Below are positions 20,572 through 27,360 of a stretch of 32,000 nucleotides of DNA, piece by piece. Source of the stretch: Nitrosomonas europaea (GTDB lineage: Bacteria > Pseudomonadota > Gammaproteobacteria > Burkholderiales > Nitrosomonadaceae); assembly GCF_900167395.1 (NCBI RefSeq), contig NZ_FUWK01000006.1:30001-62000 (forward strand), written 5' to 3'. The position numbers and the translations under genes were made by a program. The notes below the pieces were generated by a model. The model searched no databases, had not been told where the DNA came from, and saw only the letters and a list, made by a program, of their open reading frames with translations. How positions within the stretch are numbered: position 1 is the first letter of the stretch; each line of letters opens with the position of its first letter.

Positions 20572-21153
20572 TTAATGTTCCAGATGAGAAAGTTTCAGTA
20601 ATCTTTTCAAATCACCGACCATCTTCCGCGGATCTGCATTCCTGGGATATCTCATCATTAAGTTACCCATAGGATCAACAACATAAATATGATCTTCCCG
20701 CTTGTTCTCAGCAGGAAACTCTTTCAATAAATCCTTACCATTCGCCAATACCAATCTGGTTCCTTTGAATTTATCGATTGTCTCCTGATCAGGTCTAATA
20801 TCGTCATTAATTAACCACACTCGCTGAACCTTGTCCTTGTCGACATGCTGTGCGAGACGAACCTGTCTGAGCGTATAAAGCTTTTCCTGGCAATATTCTT
20901 CACATTTTCCGGAGTCAATGATTAATAAATTCCAGGTACCTTTCAACTGCCGTATACGAAAAATTGTATTATCCGTCAGATTTGTTGCTTCTCCCTGTAA
21001 TGGCCTGACTTCGAGCAACTCACCATAATTGACGGTATGATCCGGCCGGAAATTAGATCGGTGTAAAAAAGACGAAATGACAATTGGAGATAATATCACC
21101 AGCATCATCAGGATTAGCTTCAGCCGGCTACGCGATACTTTTTCGTTTGACAT
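20572..21153 (-). CDS. Membrane-anchored thioredoxin-fold protein, divergent SCO1/SenC-like (putative oxidase copper-site assembly factor)
   Basis: 193 aa with an N-terminal basic tail and one TM helix. It has C84-E-E-Y-C88 (CxxxC) and, about 70 residues later, DHIYVVDPMGNLMMRY, which resembles the SCO His...Y-x-x-D-x-x-G segment. It sits between SURF1 and ctaB. The start overlaps the SURF1 3' end by 26 nt. Confidence 0.5.
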   Translation of the reverse strand: MSNEKVSRSRLKLILMMLVILSPIVISSFLHRSNFRPDHTVNYGELLEVRPLQGEATNLTDNTIFRIRQLKGTWNLLIIDSGKCEEYCQEKLYTLRQVRLAQHVDKDKVQRVWLINDDIRPDQETIDKFKGTRLVLANGKDLLKEFPAENKREDHIYVVDPMGNLMMRYPRNADPRKMVGDLKRLLKLSHLEH

Positions 21154-21841
21154 TTAACACGATGTAAATAATCAAAGTCATGACAGCCAGTGAGAACCAC
21201 TGAAAAGCATAACCTATGTTTTTTGAAGATCCGGAATCAGGCTTTTCCCATTGCCTTATCAAACCATCACCCTGTGTCTCATTCTGCTGTAATAGCAGAA
21301 AAGGCTGAAAAGTAAGTTCGGTCAGATTCTGATAGCTATCCAGGCTAAAACTTTGCCAGACTTTACCAGTAAATTGTTTATCCGATAGTGACAACGTCCT
21401 GATTGACGGCGATACAACAACTCCTGTCAGGTAAACCAGTCCATCCGGAGTATAGATATCTGGTAAAAGTGATCGATCGTTACCTCCAGAAACCCAGCCC
21501 CTATTAACCAACACATAAGTTGTACTGTTCACTTGACGTAGTGGTGTAAGCACGTGGTAGCCAACAACCCCTTGATGTGTTTTGTTATCAAGAAATATGG
21601 TATGTTCAGCTTCGAAATACCCGTGAACTTCTACCCGGCGATATAAATAATCATCCAGTTCTATTAGTGGCTCAGGAACTGTAACTGGTGGTTGCTGAGC
21701 ATAACGTTCCAGGAGGGCAAAACTGGCCTCTTTTTCTTCCGCTCTGGATAATTGCCAGAATCCTAACTTTAAAAAAAGTGCAATCGCTAAAATAGTAACT
21801 GCTGTTGACCATAACGCCGGTTTAAATTGCTGTTTGAACAT
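21128..21841 (-). CDS. SURF1-family cytochrome oxidase assembly protein
   Basis: Two terminal TM helices flank a periplasmic domain (GFWQLSRAEEK...VLVNRGW...GYAFQWF), which is the SURF1/Shy1 pattern. I prefer the ATG at 21841; a GTG at 21847 (the track start) is possible. Confidence 0.85.
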   Translation of the reverse strand: MFKQQFKPALWSTAVTILAIALFLKLGFWQLSRAEEKEASFALLERYAQQPPVTVPEPLIELDDYLYRRVEVHGYFEAEHTIFLDNKTHQGVVGYHVLTPLRQVNSTTYVLVNRGWVSGGNDRSLLPDIYTPDGLVYLTGVVVSPSIRTLSLSDKQFTGKVWQSFSLDSYQNLTELTFQPFLLLQQNETQGDGLIRQWEKPDSGSSKNIGYAFQWFSLAVMTLIIYIVLNVKRKSIA

Positions 21842-21869
21842 CAGCACAGATTAATAACTATACATGTTT

Positions 21870-21904
21870 CAGAGGCCCACCTTCTGTAAAGAGCTGGGCC
21901 TCTG
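21870..21904 (-). other. Perfect 10-bp-stem / 15-nt-loop hairpin in the coxC-SURF1 intercistronic gap
   Basis: CAGAGGCCCA (21870-21879) pairs perfectly with TGGGCCTCTG (21895-21904). The stem is GC-rich with no U-run in the mRNA sense. It lies 50 nt after the coxC stop and about 22-28 nt before the SURF1 start. Confidence 0.45.
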
Positions 21905-21954
21905 TCTCCAATAACAATTAAGTTTATAGCCTAGCTGATTTACTTTTACCCTGG

Positions 21955-22800
21955 TTACACCAAATAGACAAAAATAAACAATCCCAACCAGACAACATCC
22001 ACGAAGTGCCAGTACCATGCTACCCCTTCAAACCCGAAATGGTGTTCCGGTTTAAAATGGCCTGACAGACATCTGAAGAAAATTGCAATCAACATGATTG
22101 TACCAACTGTCACGTGAAACCCGTGAAAACCAGTCAGCATGAAGAAAGTCGATCCGTATGCACCACTGGTCATTTTTAGATTGAGATCTGAATAAGCATG
22201 GGCATACTCATATATCTGAAAGCCAAGAAATGTTACTCCCAGTGCTATCGTTGCAAACAACCACAGTTTTAAAGCACCACGATCATTTTTTTTCAGCGCC
22301 CAATGTGCCAGAGTAATTGTCACTCCAGAGGTCAGAAGCAACATAGTGTTAATTGCTGGAATTCCCCATGCCCCCATTGGAGTAAATTTCTCATCAAATC
22401 CAGGACCTGCTGTCGGCCAGTCTGCAGAAAAACCCGACCAAAGCAATTCCTGATCAGCTCCAGCTAACCAAGGTACTGAAAGCACACGCATATAAAACAA
22501 AGCACCAAAAAATGATGCAAAAAACATAACCTCAGAAAAAATAAACCAACCCATACTCCATCTAAAAGATTTATCTTCCTGGGCTTTATACTTACCTGCT
22601 TCACTCTCAAGTGAAACTTCACGAAACCAGCCATAAATCAGAAAGGCCAAAATAACCAGCCCAGTGATCAGCATGCCATAGCCAAGTGGCAGTTTGTTCA
22701 TCGTAAACGCCGCCCCAAACCCCATAAAAAACAGGGCAGTAGAGCCTATAATTGGCCACTTGGATGGGGAAGGCACATAATAACCCGTTCCTTGACTCAT
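21955..22800 (-). CDS. coxC: Cytochrome c oxidase subunit III
   Basis: 281-aa seven-helix protein with the subunit-III C-terminal pattern FGFEGVAWYWHFVDVVWLGLFIFVY. A strong SD (GAGGAGGA) precedes the ATG at 22800. Confidence 0.94.
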   Translation of the reverse strand: MSQGTGYYVPSPSKWPIIGSTALFFMGFGAAFTMNKLPLGYGMLITGLVILAFLIYGWFREVSLESEAGKYKAQEDKSFRWSMGWFIFSEVMFFASFFGALFYMRVLSVPWLAGADQELLWSGFSADWPTAGPGFDEKFTPMGAWGIPAINTMLLLTSGVTITLAHWALKKNDRGALKLWLFATIALGVTFLGFQIYEYAHAYSDLNLKMTSGAYGSTFFMLTGFHGFHVTVGTIMLIAIFFRCLSGHFKPEHHFGFEGVAWYWHFVDVVWLGLFIFVYLV

Positions 22801-22824
22801 TTAATCTTCCTCCTCGTTATTAAC

Positions 22825-23061
22825 TTAACCTGTTACAAGCTTGACTACTGACAAAATACTTAAAATAAAAATAACGCCACCAACCAGACCACCAATTATT
22901 ATTTGAACAGGTTTAATCTTGGCTGCATCGTGTTCCAGATCGCTCTTTTTTCTAATACCAATAAATGAAAATAAAACTGCTTCAGCCACCTGATACATAG
23001 ATGCTTTTTCCATATCAGAATTTTGTAAAGCTGATGTTACCTTTTCATTTTCTTTTCCCAT
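22825..23061 (-). CDS. DUF2970-type small membrane protein
   Basis: 78 aa from the ATG at 23061 (the track start at 23067 is a TTG). It has the SFIGIRKK...D motif followed by one C-terminal TM helix. It holds the conserved position between ctaG and coxC seen in betaproteobacterial oxidase clusters. Confidence 0.7.
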   Translation of the reverse strand: MGKENEKVTSALQNSDMEKASMYQVAEAVLFSFIGIRKKSDLEHDAAKIKPVQIIIGGLVGGVIFILSILSVVKLVTG

Positions 23062-23072
23062 TTGCAACTTAA

Positions 23073-23597
23073 TCAGTTTTTTACGTTGAAAAAAGTATAT
23101 GAAATCGTGGCAGTATGGATATCGCCAGGTATTTCCGGATCTATTAAGAATCTGACAGGCAATTGTTTAACTTCTTTGCCTTGTAGCTCCTGCTGCGAAA
23201 AACAAAAGCACTCTATCTTCTTCAGATATCTTTCCAGATTTTTAGGGCTATAGCTGGGAATTGCCTGTCCAACCTGCACCTCTTCAGACTCATTACTAAT
23301 CTCATACATAACTTCCGTAAGCTTACCCGGATGCAAATGGATATTGGCTTGTAATGACTTAAACTTCCAAGGAAGTCCGCGTACATTTGCGTCTAGCAGC
23401 AGGCTGATTGATCTTGTGTTATCTACTTCGGTATGTTTCGTCAGTGTATCTGGACGCTCCAGCTCGTATATACCAGTTACTTCACAGAATTTTTTATACA
23501 GCGGTACAAGTGCGTAACCAAAACCAAACATAACCACGCTAAAAACAAGTAACTTTTTTAGTATATCTACGTTGGTTTTGGCTACATCTTGTTTCAT
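23073..23597 (-). CDS. ctaG: Cytochrome c oxidase assembly protein CtaG/Cox11 (CuB insertion)
   Basis: 174 aa with an N-terminal TM anchor and the Cox11 copper-binding CFCF motif (KIECFCFSQQ). Confidence 0.92.
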   Translation of the reverse strand: MKQDVAKTNVDILKKLLVFSVVMFGFGYALVPLYKKFCEVTGIYELERPDTLTKHTEVDNTRSISLLLDANVRGLPWKFKSLQANIHLHPGKLTEVMYEISNESEEVQVGQAIPSYSPKNLERYLKKIECFCFSQQELQGKEVKQLPVRFLIDPEIPGDIHTATISYTFFNVKN

Positions 23598-23707
23598 TGC
23601 TGTTTAAATATGACTGTTAGGATATAAACGGCTATCACCATGATAACCAGAATCAATGCAGTTCTTAACTTTCTGCGTTTTAACTCTGCATCCTCATCTT
23701 GCGACAT
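23594..23707 (-). CDS. 37-aa single-TM protein (cytochrome oxidase small assembly protein-like); not in the supplied ORF track
   Basis: My own translation of the minus strand gives MSQDEDAELKRRKLRTALILVIMVIAVYILTVIFKQQ. The ATG at 23707 lies 15 nt after the coxA stop. The TGA overlaps the ctaG ATG (ATGA). The protein is a charged head followed by one hydrophobic helix. Confidence 0.6.
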   Translation of the reverse strand: MSQDEDAELKRRKLRTALILVIMVIAVYILTVIFKQQ

Positions 23708-23722
23708 TGAATTTCATCCTGT

Positions 23723-25300
23723 TTATTTAACGACAGGCGGTGTTTCAAAGCTATGATAAGGAGCTGGCGAAGGCAGGTGTGTCCACTCAAGAGTGGTTGC
23801 ACCTTCCCATGTTTTATCCGCAGCCTTTTCCCCACCCCGTACACACTTAATCACAATGTATACAAACAGAAGCTGAGTCAACCCGAACCCAAATGCACCA
23901 ATACTTGAAATCATGTTGAAATCAGCAAACTGCAGTGCGTAATCGGGAATTCTGCGAGGCATACCAGCCAAACCGAGGAAATGCTGTACAAAGAACGCCA
24001 CGTTGAAGAAAACCATTGACAACCAGAAATGCCATTTACCTAATGACTCGTCATACATATGACCGGTCCATTTTGGCAACCAGTAATAGGCACCGGCAAA
24101 CAATGCAAACAATGCTCCCGAAACCAGTACATAATGGAAATGGGCGATAACGTAGTATGTATCCTGCACCTGAATATCTACTGGCACAATTGCGCACACA
24201 ACACCACTAAAACCACCAATGACAAACAAGAAGATGAACCCGATTGAAAACAGCATCGGAACTTCAAATGTCATTGAACCTCGCCACATGGTCGCAGTCC
24301 AGTTAAACACTTTCACTCCTGTCGGAACAGCGATCAGCATGGTCGCATACATGAAAAACAGCTGACCTGCTACAGGCATACCAGCTGTAAACATGTGGTG
24401 TGCCCATACGAAACATGACAGCAAAGCAATCGAGGCTGTTGCATAAACCATTGATGAATAACCGAACAAGGGTTTACGTGAGAAAGTTGGAATGATCTCT
24501 GAAACGACACCAAATGCTGGAAGAATCATGATGTAAACTTCTGGATGTCCAAAGAACCAGAAGATATGCTGGAACATCACAGGATCACCACCGCCAGCAG
24601 CATTAAAGAAACTTGTACCAAAATTACGATCGGTCAGTACCATCGTCACCGCACCAGCAAGCACGGGCATTACCAACACAAGGAGATATGCAGTAATCAG
24701 CCATGTCCATACAAACATTGGCATCTTCATCAATGTCATGCCTGGTGCACGCATATTCAATATGGTTGTAATGATATTGATTGAACCCATAATTGACGAC
24801 ATTCCCAGGATATGGACTGCAAACAACATCATATCTGTACCCATACCACCCTGTGTTGAAAGAGGGGGATAGAATGTCCAGCCACCTGCTGCGGCACCAC
24901 CCGGTACAAAAAATGAAGTAATCAGCAACAATGCTGCGACGGGTAACAACCAGAAACTCCAGTTATTCAGGCGGGCAAATGCCATATCCGGAGCCCCGAT
25001 CATTAATGGCACCTGCCAGTTTGCAAACCCTACCCATGCCGGCATGACAGCACCAAACACCATGATCAATCCATGCAGCGTAGTAAATGAATTAAACACT
25101 TCCGGTTCAAGTATCTGAATACCAGGCATAAAGAGCTCAGCTCTGATACCCATTGCCAGAAAACCACCCACAAACAACATAACAAGACTAAAACACAAAT
25201 AAAGCGTCCCAATATCCTTGTGATTGGTTGTGGTCAACCAGCGCATTATACCGGTCGGATGATCATGTCCATGACCATGCACGTCTTGTATTACTGCCAT
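23723..25300 (-). CDS. coxA: Cytochrome c oxidase subunit I (A-type, aa3)
   Basis: 525 aa with GHPEVYIMILPAFG (CuB His / cross-linked Tyr), WAHHMF (CuB His-His) and HFHYV (heme a3 / heme a ligands). Confidence 0.97.
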   Translation of the reverse strand: MAVIQDVHGHGHDHPTGIMRWLTTTNHKDIGTLYLCFSLVMLFVGGFLAMGIRAELFMPGIQILEPEVFNSFTTLHGLIMVFGAVMPAWVGFANWQVPLMIGAPDMAFARLNNWSFWLLPVAALLLITSFFVPGGAAAGGWTFYPPLSTQGGMGTDMMLFAVHILGMSSIMGSINIITTILNMRAPGMTLMKMPMFVWTWLITAYLLVLVMPVLAGAVTMVLTDRNFGTSFFNAAGGGDPVMFQHIFWFFGHPEVYIMILPAFGVVSEIIPTFSRKPLFGYSSMVYATASIALLSCFVWAHHMFTAGMPVAGQLFFMYATMLIAVPTGVKVFNWTATMWRGSMTFEVPMLFSIGFIFLFVIGGFSGVVCAIVPVDIQVQDTYYVIAHFHYVLVSGALFALFAGAYYWLPKWTGHMYDESLGKWHFWLSMVFFNVAFFVQHFLGLAGMPRRIPDYALQFADFNMISSIGAFGFGLTQLLFVYIVIKCVRGGEKAADKTWEGATTLEWTHLPSPAPYHSFETPPVVK

Positions 25301-25354
25301 TATTTTCTCCTCTAATCTAACGTAATCTAAATCTCAACCAGCAATCGGAATAAA

Positions 25355-26197
25355 TCAGTTCTTACCTGAGCTCTGCTCAACAAGAGCTGTATTAACAACC
25401 CCGGCAGATGCACTCTTTTGCATCTCTGCAACCCATTGGGTATATTTTTCTTGCTCCATGACTTCAACAACTATTGGCATAAAACCATGCTCTTTACCAC
25501 ACAGCTCAGCACACTGACCACGATATACCCCAGGTTTTTCAACCTTGAACCATGCATCACGAATATATCCGGGTATGGCATCCTGCTTTACGCCGAGAGC
25601 GGGTACCCACCAAGCGTGAATCACATCATTTGCCGTCATAAGAATTCTAATTTTTTTCCCGGTCGGAACCACTACACGATTGTTTACTTCCAGTAAATAA
25701 TCCTGCCCTTTGGTTGCCTCGTTACGAATCTGATCCTGAGGTGTAGATAACTGACTGTAGAAACTGATTCCCTCACCCTCACCCTGGATATAGTCATAGC
25801 CCCACATCCATTGATAGCCCGTAGCTTTGATGGTGACATCCGCCTCACTCGTATCCTTCATTTCGATTACAGTTTTGGTAGCGGGCCATGACATTGCAAC
25901 CAGAATCAATATTGGAATAGTCGTCCATATAAACTCAATAGCCGTACTATGATGAAAATTGGCTGCTTTATAACCTACTGATTTACGATGTTTAATAATG
26001 GAATAACCCATTACGCCAAAAACACCTATAAAAATTACCAGACAGATCCATAACGCCATCATATGCTGATCATAGATTTGTTGCGCAATAGGTGTCTGCG
26101 GCTCAGGCAAGTTGTACTTACTTGACATTGCCATGCCCGAATATAAACCAAGAACTGTAAAACCTGATAGTGCCGCCATCAACTTACTACCACTCAT
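25355..26197 (-). CDS. coxB: Cytochrome c oxidase subunit II (no fused cytochrome c domain)
   Basis: 280 aa with a signal sequence and two TM helices. The CuA centre is present as HAWWVPALG...CAELCGKEHGFMP. Confidence 0.95.
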   Translation of the reverse strand: MSGSKLMAALSGFTVLGLYSGMAMSSKYNLPEPQTPIAQQIYDQHMMALWICLVIFIGVFGVMGYSIIKHRKSVGYKAANFHHSTAIEFIWTTIPILILVAMSWPATKTVIEMKDTSEADVTIKATGYQWMWGYDYIQGEGEGISFYSQLSTPQDQIRNEATKGQDYLLEVNNRVVVPTGKKIRILMTANDVIHAWWVPALGVKQDAIPGYIRDAWFKVEKPGVYRGQCAELCGKEHGFMPIVVEVMEQEKYTQWVAEMQKSASAGVVNTALVEQSSGKN

Positions 26198-26357
26198 ATC
26201 TTACCCCCCCACATTAATTACTAAATCAATATCTACATTCCATCTGTGACCATAGAATGTTTTCTACACTTATCCTTCGCCCTTACCGGCTTTTATTTGA
26301 TCTTTCACCCGAGCATAAATAGATATAAAAACCGGGTGACAGTTTTTCGGGGAATCT

Positions 26358-26373
26358 TAGCATTCGAATGCTA
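26358..26373. promoter_or_regulatory. Perfect 16-bp palindrome TAGCATTCGAATGCTA (candidate operator)
   Basis: All 8 pairs were checked base by base. It lies in the coxB / BI-1 divergent intergenic region, 8 nt upstream of a strong SD and mini-ORF. Confidence 0.35.
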
Positions 26374-26393
26374 CCAGCACAAGGAGGAAAATC

Positions 26394-26438
26394 ATGATTC
26401 TTATAGAAAAATTACCACGCTGCTGCCATGGGAATTAA
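26394..26438 (+). CDS. Candidate 14-codon mini-ORF MILIEKLPRCCHGN
   Basis: AAGGAGGA (26381-26388) lies 5 nt before the ATG at 26394, which is among the strongest SD matches I noted in this window. The ORF ends at TAA 26436-26438. There is no homology evidence, so it could be fortuitous. Confidence 0.2.
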   Translation: MILIEKLPRCCHGN

Positions 26439-26577
26439 TTACTTTTTCACATCGTGGAAAATTTTTTGTGCCGGCAATTTCTGCATACCACGCCCGCTCG
26501 GGTGGATTTAGCTTGCCCTTGGATATTGCACACAAACCCATAAAAACTATTTCCATATCATGGTTATTGGTTTGTGT

Positions 26578-26595
26578 ATTTGGTTCGAACCAAAT
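26578..26595. promoter_or_regulatory. Perfect 18-bp palindrome ATTTGGTTCGAACCAAAT abutting a candidate sigma-70 promoter for the BI-1/copA unit
   Basis: All 9 pairs were checked. It is immediately followed by TTGCAA (26595-26600), a 17-nt spacer and TAGTCT (26618-26623). That places the -10 element 41 nt upstream of the BI-1 ATG. Confidence 0.3.
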
Positions 26596-26664
26596 TGCAA
26601 CTTTAACGTTCTCAAGGTAGTCTAGTTTGTCCTGTTTCTTAAATTTCAGAAGGAAATAAAAAAC

Positions 26665-27360
26665 ATGCAATTTAACCCCAAATATGCAACTCCTGTATCA
26701 AACACCGTTAATTCGGGCGTACGCAACAAAGTATTGAAAAATACTTACCTGATGCTTAGTTTAACCATGATTCCGACTATAGTCGGGTCAGTCATTGGCA
26801 CCGGTACCAATTTCTCATTCCTGGCACAATCCCCAATTGTGGGTTCACTCGTAATGCTGGCGGTAATGATAGGTTTAATGTTTGCCGTCAGCGCTACACG
26901 CAACAGTATGTGGGGAATCATTCTGCTTTTCCTGTTTACCTTTGTTGCCGGCTGGTGGTTAGGTCCCTTGCTTCAGTACGCACTCCATTTCAAAAATGGC
27001 TCACAACTGATTGGCCTGGCTGCTGCAGGAACAGGTATCATTTTTTTCACGCTTGCCGGTATAGCCACAACCACACGTAAAGACTTTAGTTTTCTTGGCA
27101 ATTTTTTGCTGGCTGGGATAATTCTGGTAATTTTGGCTTCTCTGGTCAATTTGTTCCTGGCCATTCCGGCAATTTCACTGGCAATTTCTGCCGTAGCAGT
27201 ATTGGTTTTCTCCGGATTCATCCTGTTTGATGTGAACCGTATCGTAAATGGCGGTGAAACCAATTACGTCATGGCAACATTGGGTATTTATCTCAGCCTG
27301 TATAATTTGTTCATCAGCCTGATACAGTTGCTGCTGGCCTTTTTAGGTGAAAAAGACTGA
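26665..27360 (+). CDS. Bax inhibitor-1 / YccA family membrane protein
   Basis: 231 aa with seven predicted TM helices. It has the family-typical N-terminus (VRNKVLKNTYLMLSLTM) and a C-terminal FLGEKD-type charged tail. GAAGGA lies upstream of the ATG. Confidence 0.85.
   Translation: MQFNPKYATPVSNTVNSGVRNKVLKNTYLMLSLTMIPTIVGSVIGTGTNFSFLAQSPIVGSLVMLAVMIGLMFAVSATRNSMWGIILLFLFTFVAGWWLGPLLQYALHFKNGSQLIGLAAAGTGIIFFTLAGIATTTRKDFSFLGNFLLAGIILVILASLVNLFLAIPAISLAISAVAVLVFSGFILFDVNRIVNGGETNYVMATLGIYLSLYNLFISLIQLLLAFLGEKD

Noticed and set aside
26358-26595. The GGTTCGAACC and GCATTCGAATGC cores resemble tRNA T-arm sequences (GGTTCGAATCC), which raised the possibility of a tRNA gene or a tRNA-derived att remnant.
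   Set aside because: The loops would be 6 nt rather than 7. No complementary acceptor-stem partner (for example GTGCTGG upstream of CCAGCAC) exists, and no D-arm or anticodon arm can be drawn. There are no integrase or mobile genes nearby.
26246-26670. Two track ORFs in the coxB / BI-1 intergenic region: 26246-26620 (+, 124 aa, GTG start) and 26401-26670 (-, 89 aa).
   Set aside because: Neither has a ribosome-binding site or a recognisable motif. They overlap each other on opposite strands, and the minus one overlaps the BI-1 start. The region looks regulatory, with palindromes and promoter-like hexamers. I cannot exclude a real small gene without homology data.
27250-27346. A search for a MerR/CueR-type operator (inverted repeat in a 19-20-bp promoter spacer) or an internal promoter for copA in the 3' end of the BI-1 gene, and likewise in 30021-30174.
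   Set aside because: I found only a weak TTGGGT-15 nt-TATAAT arrangement (spacer too short) and no dyad between the hexamers. The 30058-30083 hairpin (GTTGCA...TGCAAC with an internal TGCAGC/GCTGCA stem) after the copZ-like gene has no T-run and is at best a weak terminator.
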